A stretch of DNA of 64,000 bases, from NCBI GenBank assembly GCA_965657355.1, contig CBFHOE010000005.1, forward strand, positions 102,014-166,013, read 5' to 3'. Origin of the DNA: Limisphaerales bacterium. Its GTDB lineage: Bacteria > Verrucomicrobiota > Verrucomicrobiia > Limisphaerales > JAJOIW01. Under the pieces are notes generated by a model. That model saw only the letters and a program-made list of their open reading frames with translations, made no database searches and was not told the origin of the DNA. The position numbers were made by a program, and so were the translations under genes. The stretch's first letter is position 1, and every line of letters begins with the position of its first letter. Positions 49,890-59,280 of this stretch are shown here, piece by piece.

Positions 49890-51548
49890 ATGCTTTTTAA
49901 AGAAATGAAGATAATACTCGGCTGCGAGGACATATTCAATTTGGTAATTTCGATAGCGTCTTTGCTGTTTCTTGCGTTTGCCCTAGGAGCCTGCCATTCC
50001 GGAGTATCAAAGGCCGATTTAGTTATCGCTAACTCAGTGGAACCGGAATCGTTGGACCCTGTGATTATTTCAGGGCAGGCTGAAACTCGCATTGTGGAAT
50101 GTCTTTTCGAAGGCCTTGTGAGAATTGCCCCGCAAACTGGCGCACCAGAACCTGGCCTGGCTCATCGCTGGGATGTCAGTAATGGGGGTCGAACTTACGT
50201 ATTTCACCTAAGGGACAATTTGGTTTGGAGTGATGGAAGGCCTTTGAAAGCACTCGATGTTGAAAAATCTTGGATGCGTTCATTGTCACCCAAACTTGCA
50301 GCTAAGTATGTAGGACTCATGTTTTGCATAAAAGGAGCAAAATTGTTTCATGAATCGGCCCAAACGGCTCATGATTATGCCCGTAGTGAGCCGAGTTTTC
50401 AGGCCCTTGACGAACTTCGGTTTCGGGTAGAACTAGAAAAACCAACTCCATATTTTTTACAGCTTTTAACGATGCCGATTTTTTCAGTCGCACCGATTCA
50501 CGTCATCGAGGAAAACCCAACGAGATGGATTTTGGAATCAAATGTTCCTGTCAATGGGCCATATAAATTGAAATGGTGGAAACTCAATCAATCAGTAAGG
50601 CTCGTTAAAAATGAAACCTATTGGGATTCTGAAAACACTTCATTAGATACAGTAGATTTATTGCCCATATCAAATCCTTCAACCGCGTTAAATTTATATC
50701 TCACTGGCCAAGTGGATATCATTTGGGACAAAGACCTCATCCCAACCCAGATAGTTGATGAGATTTCTAAAAGAATGGATTACCACCAATTTGATTATCT
50801 TGGAACTTACTTTATTCGTTTTAATGCCACCCACCCTCCGCTGGATCAGCCCAAAATTCGAAGAGCCCTCTCGCTTTCTATTGATAGACAGAGGATAACT
50901 GAAAAAATAACAAGAGCAGGAGAAAACCCTACCTCAGTCTTAGTTCCCCCGGGTGTGCATAACTACAACCCAGATCACTCGTATTCTCTTTTCGACCCCG
51001 AACAAGCCAATAAATTATTGAGCGAAGCGGGATACCCCAATGGGGAAGGGTTTCCTACTCTGGAATATTATTTTAATGGAGCTTCATCTGGTCCTGCCTC
51101 AAACCATGAAAAGATCGCAGTAGAGCTCCAAGCTATGTGGAAAAAATACCTTAATATCAATATCAGATTGAAAAAAAATGAATGGAAAGTTTTTTTATCA
51201 GATCAAAGAAAATTGAATTATCAAATCTCAAGATCTAGTTGGATTGGCGATTACAATGACGCAAACACCTTCCTCAGCCTCTTTACTTCAGATGAAATAA
51301 ACAATAGAACAGGATGGGAAAATTCAAAATACGATGAACTAATCTCATTTGCCAATAAATCATTTGATATAAAAGAGAGAGAAAAAAAATTCATAGAAGC
51401 AGAAAAACTATTACATAAAGAATCTCCAATCTCGCCTATTTATTTCTATATGGGAACTCACCTTTGGGATAAAAAAGAAATTTCAGGTATTCATTTTAAC
51501 ATACTAGACCGGCACCCAATAAGAGCTATTAAGAAAAAATCAAAATAA
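49890..51548 (+). CDS. oppA: Oligopeptide ABC transporter substrate-binding lipoprotein (true start likely downstream)
   Basis: Lipobox LGAC, EPESLDP, LFEGL, YVFHLR..WSDG, NGPYKL, SWIGDYND. Confidence 0.93.
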   Translation: MLFKEMKIILGCEDIFNLVISIASLLFLAFALGACHSGVSKADLVIANSVEPESLDPVIISGQAETRIVECLFEGLVRIAPQTGAPEPGLAHRWDVSNGGRTYVFHLRDNLVWSDGRPLKALDVEKSWMRSLSPKLAAKYVGLMFCIKGAKLFHESAQTAHDYARSEPSFQALDELRFRVELEKPTPYFLQLLTMPIFSVAPIHVIEENPTRWILESNVPVNGPYKLKWWKLNQSVRLVKNETYWDSENTSLDTVDLLPISNPSTALNLYLTGQVDIIWDKDLIPTQIVDEISKRMDYHQFDYLGTYFIRFNATHPPLDQPKIRRALSLSIDRQRITEKITRAGENPTSVLVPPGVHNYNPDHSYSLFDPEQANKLLSEAGYPNGEGFPTLEYYFNGASSGPASNHEKIAVELQAMWKKYLNINIRLKKNEWKVFLSDQRKLNYQISRSSWIGDYNDANTFLSLFTSDEINNRTGWENSKYDELISFANKSFDIKEREKKFIEAEKLLHKESPISPIYFYMGTHLWDKKEISGIHFNILDRHPIRAIKKKSK

Positions 51549-52465
51549 TGTTTACCCTCAAACGCCTAGCCGAGCTAATTCCTGTTTTACTGATTGTAAG
51601 TTTTTGTGCCTTTTCTCTGGTTCGCGTCGCACCGGGTGGACCATTTGACTCTGAAAGAGAACTCAGCTCCGAAGCCAGAGAAGAAATTGAAAAAAAGTAC
51701 CACCTCGATAAACCTCTGTTTTCACAATATTTTTATTTTCTTAAAAATATAATGAAAGGCGATCTCGGATTATCCATGAAATACCAAAATCACAACGTGA
51801 CAGATATCATAAAACAAGGCCTTCCTGTTTCGATGATTCTGGGTTTTACATCTTTCATTGTGTCTCTTGCCCTTGGGATATTCATTGGAGTCATTGCTGC
51901 GTGGAGAAAGAATTACATTTCCGGAAAGATACTTACTATCCTTGGGTTACTTTTTGTATGCGTCCCCTCCATGGTTTTAGGCCCACTACTCATTTTAGTG
52001 TTCGCAATATACTTTCCAATTTTTCCGACAAGCTTTTTAACGACCCCATGGCACGCTGTTTTACCCGTCACAACTTTAAGCCTTTATTACGCGGGGAAAA
52101 TAAGCAGGCTCGTTTCAGAAGGACTTATTGAGGCATTAGAGTCCGACTATATAAGAACGGCGAGATCGAAAGGAGTCAGCTCACTTTCTCTACTCTTTAA
52201 ACATGCACTTCCGATGGGATTACTTCCAGTTATATCCTATTCAGGACCTTTGCTTGCAGATTTATTAACCGGTTCTTTTGTCGTTGAGAATCTTTTCCAA
52301 ATTCCTGGACTAGGCACATTTTTGGTAAACAGCTCTCTCAACCGAGACCATACAATGGTCGTCGGACTCGTGCTCGTTTATTCCATTCTCATAATTGTGT
52401 TCAATATAGTCGTCGACCTTTTTTATGCCAAAGTGGATCCTCGAATAAAAACCCAAGAATCATAG
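51548..52465 (+). CDS. oppB: Oligopeptide ABC permease
   Basis: APGGPF, GDLGLS, DYIRTARSKG, GSFVVENLFQIPGLG, RD, DPRI. Confidence 0.95.
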   Translation: MFTLKRLAELIPVLLIVSFCAFSLVRVAPGGPFDSERELSSEAREEIEKKYHLDKPLFSQYFYFLKNIMKGDLGLSMKYQNHNVTDIIKQGLPVSMILGFTSFIVSLALGIFIGVIAAWRKNYISGKILTILGLLFVCVPSMVLGPLLILVFAIYFPIFPTSFLTTPWHAVLPVTTLSLYYAGKISRLVSEGLIEALESDYIRTARSKGVSSLSLLFKHALPMGLLPVISYSGPLLADLLTGSFVVENLFQIPGLGTFLVNSSLNRDHTMVVGLVLVYSILIIVFNIVVDLFYAKVDPRIKTQES

Positions 52466-52483
52466 TCATCTTTAATTGTAAAT

Positions 52484-53420
52484 ATGAGTGATAACCAACT
52501 GACAAAGAAAGGCGAATCTCCATGGAGGTTGGGTATACGTAAGTTTTTGATGAATCCATTGGCAAGGTATGCGAGCTTTGGTTCTTCTGACCATAAGCCT
52601 CATTGTTTTGATGGCTCCAGTATTTCCGAATTACAATCCGGATGAACTTTCTTCAGACATATTTTCCCCCCCAACCATGGACCATTGGTTAGGGACCGAT
52701 AACCATGGAAGGGATTTATGGAGTAGAATCATCTATGGTACAAGAATTTCGCTATCGATAGGGATCATTGGAGCATTCGTTAGTTTCTTTATTGGTACAA
52801 CTTGGGGAATATCTTCAGCTTACTCAGGTGGAAAAATTGATAAGATAATGATGAGGACAGTGGACATCCTTTATTCATTACCTTCCATTATTTTCGTGAT
52901 AGTTTTACTAACCACTTTAAAAGAAATACTTTCCGCCAGCATTTTAAGCCAATGGATCGGCAGTAACGAAAGCACCCTTCATTTTATTCTTCTTTTTGCA
53001 GGCATTGGGGCAGTGTCATGGTTGACATTAGCGAGGATTGTCAGAGGACAGGTCATAGCGCTAAAAAATCAACCATTCTTGGAGTCATGCCACTCACTAG
53101 GTTTAGGACCTTACCACATAGTAACCAAACACATCCTACCTAATTTATTTGGAATAATTATCACATATGTCATGTTAACTATTCCGAGTGTCATATTATA
53201 CGAGTCCTTTCTCAGCTTTTTAGGACTTGGTATTGAAAGCCCTATGGCAAGTCTGGGGTCTTTGATCTCAAAAGGAGTACCTCAGATAAATCCAATTAAA
53301 ATATATTGGTGGCTGATCACCTTTCCTACCATGTTTCTGGCAGTCCTACTGATTAGCTTGAATCTTGTTGGAGAAGGACTGCGCGATGCATTTGATCCAA
53401 AATCCTCACAATCAAAATAG
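52484..53420 (+). pseudogene. oppC: Oligopeptide ABC permease OppC with an apparent +1 frameshift near 52577-52579 (real lesion or sequencing error)
   Basis: ATG 52484 encodes the typical OppC N-terminus MSDNQLTKKGESPWRLGIRKFLMNPLA in a different frame from the body (HWLGTDNHGRD, ARIVRGQ, HILPN, ESFLSFLGLG, GEGLRDAFDP). Confidence 0.8.
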
Positions 53421-53425
53421 TTTTT

Positions 53426-55237
53426 TCATGAAATACCTTTAGCTTCAAGCAGAGCGATTTGTTGTTTCCAAGTCAGCCTATCCTCCTCAGAGACATCAGG
53501 ATTTGGAAGCAGTTGCCTTCGCGTGCAATTCATCAAAGCTTGTAAAGTCTGGTACCGCCTCGTTTCAGCGATCGCGGGATCTAATCTATCATGCAATACG
53601 TCCAGGATTTCATTTACAGTCAACTTTCCACCTTTTTGATATGCTACGGCTTTGAGCTCTGATCTTAGAGAAGCGAATGTAGCAGAGGAGAAACCCGATG
53701 CTTCCTCGAGGATTTTCTCACATTCTTCGTCACTGAGCGACTCATCCATGCATCCGCCGACCATCCACTTCACAAAATCTTTCCTATCATCACCGTCAGG
53801 ATCTAGTATGGGTATTATTAAGTCCCCAACTCGCCCCGGCCTTCTAATATCTGGAGAAAGAAGATGTATCCTTGCAGTGACTAGTAGCCAAAAAACTTTA
53901 CCACGCATTATGGGGTCGGACATCATACCCTGAATTTTCCCAGTCAATCGTCTCTCTGTATCCATAGTATCGGCACCGACTCCGCCCAATTGAGTATCAG
54001 CTTCATCAATAAAAATTAAAACTTTGGATAACGCTTTAAGAACCCTTTTTAAGCGCTCAAAAATCAGATCGGTTTCGCCATACCATTTTGATCGAATACT
54101 TTTTAAGACAAGGACAACCATCCCGATTTCGCTGGCAACAGCTTCAAAAATAAATGTTTTACCACTTCCTATGGGCCCACTGATTGCGGCACCAGGTAAG
54201 GCCTCAGGCCCTGAAGTTGAAAAGCGAGGAATTAATTCACCTTGTAAAAATTTCTTTAATTTAGTGAATCCAACAAGATCATTTAGCTTGTGTTCAGGCT
54301 TTTTAAATTCAACGACATCCTCACCTACTTGGGATTGGATAAACTTTTCCACTTTTGCAATAACAATTTCTGGAGTTAGGGTTTCTCCAAAGTGGGACGC
54401 GGCTTTCATCAACTGGTTTATAGCATGAATTGATAAGCCGGCGGATAAATCACAGAGGGCTTCCTCATCGCTCCACAACTTAAATTTTAAGTCTCCTTCA
54501 GAGGATTGTTCTTTTTTTCTATACCACCTGATAAATCCGAGTCGAGTTTGGTAATCTGGGGCTTCAGATTCAATTTCCAGAACTTGGGGAAGTCTGGAAA
54601 CTCTGTGATGAACCAGGCTACTTGATTCTGCTATCATAACGACGGAATCATTACCATTGGCAAACCCAGGGTCGGAGAACCAATCTTGGCATATCATCAC
54701 TCGCGACCTGTCATTCTCGGAAATTTGCGTTATCGGTGCCTCCGGAATGATCATGTCAATTCCCTCAATAAGAATTATTAAATTTTCAGCAAGGAAAGCA
54801 CCTTGCTCTCCATTTGCTCGTGAACACGCGCACATCTGCCTCATGAGCTCTAGGGCCAATGCACTATTTGTTGTTGCCTTCCTATAACTCTCATCAAAAA
54901 CTCGTCCCGCTTCATTTGCATTCCCTTTCGAATCACCCAGTTTTCCAGTTTCATAAGCTCTCCACCTAACATAGGCCCTTCGGACTTTGCTTAGATTCGA
55001 AGGGTTGACAAACCGAATGGGCCCATTTATTTCGTAAACGACAACGATGATACCCTCTAAATTCCACTGATCACAAAGCAATTGGGTAATGGGCACATAT
55101 TGGCATTTCTTTTCATCATCCAAGTTTTGAGAATTGGGGTATAGGTCATATATGTTCCCAGTTAGAATAATACTTCTAGTTTGACCGGAATTCAGCAAGC
55201 GGCCAGCTTCTGAAACTATTGAAAATGAATTACTCAT
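53426..55237 (-). CDS. AAA+ ATPase with a degenerate N-terminal AAA-like domain
   Basis: GPIGSGKT, SKWYGET, LIFIDEAD, IRRPGR; the N-terminal IILTGNIYD and IILIEGID lack a complete Walker A. Confidence 0.88.
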   Translation of the reverse strand: MSNSFSIVSEAGRLLNSGQTRSIILTGNIYDLYPNSQNLDDEKKCQYVPITQLLCDQWNLEGIIVVVYEINGPIRFVNPSNLSKVRRAYVRWRAYETGKLGDSKGNANEAGRVFDESYRKATTNSALALELMRQMCACSRANGEQGAFLAENLIILIEGIDMIIPEAPITQISENDRSRVMICQDWFSDPGFANGNDSVVMIAESSSLVHHRVSRLPQVLEIESEAPDYQTRLGFIRWYRKKEQSSEGDLKFKLWSDEEALCDLSAGLSIHAINQLMKAASHFGETLTPEIVIAKVEKFIQSQVGEDVVEFKKPEHKLNDLVGFTKLKKFLQGELIPRFSTSGPEALPGAAISGPIGSGKTFIFEAVASEIGMVVLVLKSIRSKWYGETDLIFERLKRVLKALSKVLIFIDEADTQLGGVGADTMDTERRLTGKIQGMMSDPIMRGKVFWLLVTARIHLLSPDIRRPGRVGDLIIPILDPDGDDRKDFVKWMVGGCMDESLSDEECEKILEEASGFSSATFASLRSELKAVAYQKGGKLTVNEILDVLHDRLDPAIAETRRYQTLQALMNCTRRQLLPNPDVSEEDRLTWKQQIALLEAKGIS

Positions 55238-55274
55238 GGGTTTTTTTATTTGCTCATTGGCTGTGTCAACCTAT

Positions 55275-56234
55275 CTATAGTTTTGCGTTAAAAATACTAA
55301 ATGTTAAGTCTGAAAAATCTTTAGGAAGCGGAGCTTCAAAACGCATATCTTTTTTGTAAACTGGGTGGGAAAAGCCAATTTTCCAAGCATGAAGCATCTG
55401 CCGACCTGCCTTAAATTCAGATATTTTATGGAGTTTTTTATTAGGCCGGCTTCCATATACGCAATCTCCCATGACCGGGAACCCTATATGCTTGGCATGG
55501 ACTCTTATTTGGTGTGTTCTCCCTGTAAAAATCTGCGCCTGAACAAGAGAAAACCCATTGAGGCTGAGCTCGGAGACAAAGGTCGTTTTAGCTTCTCGTG
55601 CTGTCTTATTTGACAACGGCAAGACCGACATCATTTTTCGATTAGATGGATGCCTGCCAATAGGTTGATTGACCTCTATGGTGGAGCCTTTTTTCATAGT
55701 GCCTATAACAATCATACGATAAAACTTCTTCGTTTCACGCGATGAAAATTGCTCGACTAGGTTATTGTGAGCTAGATCATTCTTTGCAACCACTAGACAA
55801 CCACTCGTATCTTGATCGAGTCTGTGTACTATTCCCGGGCGCGCGACGCCCCCGATACCACTCAACTCTTTTCCACAATGGTGTAATAACGCATTTACTA
55901 ATGTGCCATCTTCATGCCCGGCAGCAGGGTGCACAACTATCCCCGAGGATTTATTGATAACAACCAAATGTTCGTCTTCATACAAAATGTCTAATGGGAT
56001 ATTTTGCGGGAGGACTTCCAGTTCTTTAGCCTCGGGCCAACTTATTTCAATAATGTCACCAAGTTTGGGCTCATATCTTGATTTAACCCGACCTTTATTG
56101 ACCGAAACAAATCCGTCTTTTATAAGCTTTTGAAGAAACCCTCGACTCTTATCGGTATAGTGATTCTTTATCCACACATCAATCCTAGTTCCAGGAAGTG
56201 GATGACTATCCACTGTGATTGATGTGGTTTCCAT
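55275..56234 (-). CDS. rluD: RluA-family pseudouridine synthase with S4 domain
   Basis: RID..SR..QKLI, VVHPAAG, PGIVHRLDQDTSG, TGRTHQIRVH, GD..YG, QMLHA. Confidence 0.93.
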   Translation of the reverse strand: METTSITVDSHPLPGTRIDVWIKNHYTDKSRGFLQKLIKDGFVSVNKGRVKSRYEPKLGDIIEISWPEAKELEVLPQNIPLDILYEDEHLVVINKSSGIVVHPAAGHEDGTLVNALLHHCGKELSGIGGVARPGIVHRLDQDTSGCLVVAKNDLAHNNLVEQFSSRETKKFYRMIVIGTMKKGSTIEVNQPIGRHPSNRKMMSVLPLSNKTAREAKTTFVSELSLNGFSLVQAQIFTGRTHQIRVHAKHIGFPVMGDCVYGSRPNKKLHKISEFKAGRQMLHAWKIGFSHPVYKKDMRFEAPLPKDFSDLTFSIFNAKL

Positions 56235-56259
56235 TTTGATTTAAAAATTTAATTTTTTT

Positions 56260-57033
56260 TTAACTCTGGCTGAGTGAATTAGCTTTTTTGAGACCAGCCA
56301 AGTAAATCCAAACTCCTAATGCTGTAAGGAAAAGACTTATGATATGAGCCTGGGTGATGCTGCCCGCAATATAGCTTGGGTAATCGCCGCGAAAAAATTC
56401 AACAGAAAATCGTATGATTGCGTAACCAATACAATAGAACCCTAATACCTGACCATCAAATTTTCGTCTCCTGAAAATAAATATGAGAATCCCAAAGAGC
56501 AGAAGATTCAGAATAGCCTCATAAATCTGAACAGGATGGACTAAATCCGGGTGAGTTGCATGGCTATCAGGAAACTGAATACCCCAAGGAAGAGAGCATT
56601 CTTTGCCGTAACAGCATCCGGCCATGAGGCAGCCAATTCGACCAAAGGCGTGTCCGAGAGAAAGACTCGGGGCCAACACATCACCTATTCTATAGACAGA
56701 TATTTTTTTTATTTTGCAATACAATATCGTCGCACATGTCCCCCCTATTAGACCTCCAAAAAATACGAGTCCCCCTTCCCAAATTTTAAAAATATTAGCA
56801 AGTGGCTGTCCCTCAAAAGTCTCGCTCCAATATGTGGTAACATATAATAATCTCGCCCCTAAAATTCCACCTACAATTATCCATGTGAAGACATCCGAGA
56901 CATTTTCAGATGAGACCCCCGCTTTTGGAGCCCGATTAAAAGCAGTGAAGTAACCAGTTAAAAATCCAGTAGCGACTAAAATTCCATACCATGTGACAGT
57001 GAAATTACCAAATTCAAAGGCTATGTTATTCAC
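56260..57033 (-). CDS. lgt: Prolipoprotein diacylglyceryl transferase
   Basis: WYG, GARL.YV, WEGGLVFFGG, GRIGC..GCCYG, HPVQIYE, RF.VEFFR. Confidence 0.96.
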   Translation of the reverse strand: MNNIAFEFGNFTVTWYGILVATGFLTGYFTAFNRAPKAGVSSENVSDVFTWIIVGGILGARLLYVTTYWSETFEGQPLANIFKIWEGGLVFFGGLIGGTCATILYCKIKKISVYRIGDVLAPSLSLGHAFGRIGCLMAGCCYGKECSLPWGIQFPDSHATHPDLVHPVQIYEAILNLLLFGILIFIFRRRKFDGQVLGFYCIGYAIIRFSVEFFRGDYPSYIAGSITQAHIISLFLTALGVWIYLAGLKKANSLSQS

Positions 57034-57094
57034 AGCGGCAGACTAATGACCGGAATCCAAATTTACAAGTGATCATTTATATCCTTACATAAAC

Positions 57095-57119
57095 AAAAAA
57101 AGACCTCATTTAGAGGTCC
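57095..57119 (-). terminator. Intrinsic terminator after the cytochrome c gene
   Basis: Minus strand GGACCTC-TAAAT-GAGGTCT followed by T6. Confidence 0.65.
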
Positions 57120-57159
57120 TTAAAATTATTTCTACTAGCTACGTTTTTGTCCGTTGAGT

Positions 57160-58059
57160 TTAGTCATTGAGGAGAACTTGCCACCTCATGTCATAGATCC
57201 AATTAGCTAGTTCCTCCATCTGGGGCTGTTGTAATCGTCCTTTAAATCCTATCATTGGTATTGGGCCCCATTTACCCATGCCCCCATTTTGGATTTGATC
57301 GACCATTTTGGCTATGGCGTCTTTGTCATCTTTGTATTTATCAGCAACCCACAGATATGCCGGACCAACTAATTTTTTGTCTACGAGATGACAAGTAAAG
57401 CAAGTGTTCGCTGTGGCAAATTTACGTGTTTTACTCGCCGTGGTCGGAACTAATCTATTAGGCACGAGAACTAGTCCACTCCCATCGCCTCCAACGATGT
57501 CATTGTTGGCTAGGATACCGAAGATGTTCAGAGCCTCAGTTGGTATTTCTCTACCATTCAACCTTTGACTGACAAGAATATCTGCAGAATGTCCGCCGAC
57601 ATTTAGTTTAGTTGTAGCGCCGCCTTTGAAACTACCTGCGCTGAATTTTGCTCCGGGAAAAACGCCATACATATCTTTCGCTGCTGTTACAGCTGCTCCG
57701 TCTGTGATATCTCTGACAACTTTAAGCTTTGGTAATGAGGCGTTCGTACTGACTAACTCAGATGATTTGAATGAAACAAAGGATTTGTCGGTAGCCCCGG
57801 CAGAAAGCTTAATTTGGTAACCAGTTTTCGGAAGTTTGTCCATGGCACCCGAATATTTTACGCCAACGCCACCAGATGCATCTTGTAGGTAAAAGATGGC
57901 GCTGGTGTCGTCCAGCACAGCTCTAGCGGTTACGACACCTTCGATGGAAACATCTCCGCTGGTTTTTGTGGAGGCGTCTTTGGCTGTATCTGCACTGACA
58001 ACCTGATGAGTCGCAAGTATTGCAAAGGGAACTAGTAATGCTCTAAGGCTTAGTTTCAT
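57160..58059 (-). CDS. Exported class I cytochrome c (c551/c552-type) fused to N-terminal OB-fold-like domain(s)
   Basis: Signal peptide; VSIEGVVTA..FYLQDASGGVGV; CFTCH..KLVGPAY..GKWGPIPM. Confidence 0.85.
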   Translation of the reverse strand: MKLSLRALLVPFAILATHQVVSADTAKDASTKTSGDVSIEGVVTARAVLDDTSAIFYLQDASGGVGVKYSGAMDKLPKTGYQIKLSAGATDKSFVSFKSSELVSTNASLPKLKVVRDITDGAAVTAAKDMYGVFPGAKFSAGSFKGGATTKLNVGGHSADILVSQRLNGREIPTEALNIFGILANNDIVGGDGSGLVLVPNRLVPTTASKTRKFATANTCFTCHLVDKKLVGPAYLWVADKYKDDKDAIAKMVDQIQNGGMGKWGPIPMIGFKGRLQQPQMEELANWIYDMRWQVLLND

Positions 58060-58164
58060 GATATTTTTATTGTCGTTTCGGTATTGGAGTATCTAACAAA
58101 TGACATCCTATTTTTATTAGACTTATTATATTCCATAATTATTCGAATTCTACATTCTCTCACA

Positions 58165-58179
58165 GTGACATTTTGCCGC
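58165..58179. promoter_or_regulatory. RegA/PrrA/RegR-box-like site upstream of the cytochrome c gene
   Basis: Minus strand GCGGC-AAAAT-GTCAC versus RegR-box consensus GCGGC-N5-GTCGC. Confidence 0.6.
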
Positions 58180-58193
58180 AAAAGACTCAATAA

Positions 58194-59102
58194 TCATTGT
58201 GAGGCCTGATTCATCGCACTGAACAAATCCTCGGGTTTCCAAAAATTACCAGCAAATAATTTAAACAATTTACCGTCAGGACCTATAACCGCTGTTCTTA
58301 AATTGTGCGTGATTGGAAACTCAGTAGTGGCAAAATCTAATCCCAGAGGGTCACCAATTTTTTTAATTTCAGATTCTTGACCTGTTAAAAATGTCCAATT
58401 CTCCCCGCTGATACCTTGTAATTTGGCATAGTTTTCAAGCACTTCTGGAGTATCAAATTCTGGATCCATTGTTATCGATACTAGAGCCCAATCGTTCGTG
58501 CTTCCCGGGTTAGAATCTATCATTTCGGAGACCGAGCGAAAGTTTTTCGACATCAATGGACAGAATTCAGGAATTGGGCACCTCGTAAAGATGAAAGTCA
58601 TGGCCCATACTTTTCCTTTCAAGCGTGATGAGCTCCAGCTTTGGCCATTTGAGTCCGTCAACGTAAAATCTGGAATTTGATCGCCGACGTTGATTTCTGA
58701 GCCTGTTAATTTAATTCCTAATGAATTTTCGGCTTTAGTGATTTTTTCAGGATAATTTCTTCCAGTTTTTTCTAGGTTTCGGATGTGTGTCCCTTTCTCC
58801 TGATTGAGAACGAGGTCAAATTTGAGCTGGTCACCTAGACGCACGCCTGAAAATTCATTGGTATCGACTACATTGAGAAGCATTGTCATTTCCTCCATGA
58901 AACCCTCAATTTTTTCATGATGAATAAATGCCGATTTACCCTCTACACCCCATTCGGTGACGATACCCTTTGTTGCGTATACAATCTCATTTTTGCTTTT
59001 AGGCTTGGTTGTTCCAAGCTTGAAAATGAATATTGCAAGGATTAAAACCACAATACCTCCTAGTGCCGCAATTTGCTTTCCGCCTATTACCATGGCATTC
59101 AT
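58194..59102 (-). CDS. SCO-family copper chaperone with N-terminal CusF-like copper-binding domain
   Basis: IHHEKIEGFMEEMTM (CusF-like His/Met); FIFTRCPIPEFCP, SITMDPEFDTP, THNLRT. Confidence 0.88.
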   Translation of the reverse strand: MNAMVIGGKQIAALGGIVVLILAIFIFKLGTTKPKSKNEIVYATKGIVTEWGVEGKSAFIHHEKIEGFMEEMTMLLNVVDTNEFSGVRLGDQLKFDLVLNQEKGTHIRNLEKTGRNYPEKITKAENSLGIKLTGSEINVGDQIPDFTLTDSNGQSWSSSRLKGKVWAMTFIFTRCPIPEFCPLMSKNFRSVSEMIDSNPGSTNDWALVSITMDPEFDTPEVLENYAKLQGISGENWTFLTGQESEIKKIGDPLGLDFATTEFPITHNLRTAVIGPDGKLFKLFAGNFWKPEDLFSAMNQASQ

Positions 59103-59151
59103 TATTTAAGAGATTACGCAACGAGTCAAAGACAGGCAGAAAATTGGCCTG

Positions 59152-59166
59152 GCGTCATTTTGTCAC
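59152..59166. promoter_or_regulatory. Second RegA-box-like site in the divergent sco/sco-regBA promoter
   Basis: GCGTC-ATTTT-GTCAC, same GCGnC-N5-GTCAC pattern as 58165-58179. Confidence 0.6.
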
Positions 59167-59280
59167 AGAGGTAGTTTGCTTTCGAAATCAACATGACACA
59201 AAATCAAAGTAACCTAGGCGGGGTGCCGAATCATTAGCTGCAAGAGGCTGCTCAGATAGCTCTAGGTGTAGACATAAAAA

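Noticed and set aside
59193..59237. 14-codon ORF MTQNQSNLGGVPNH upstream of sco as a leader peptide
   Set aside because: No regulatory codon run or attenuator structure; expected by chance.
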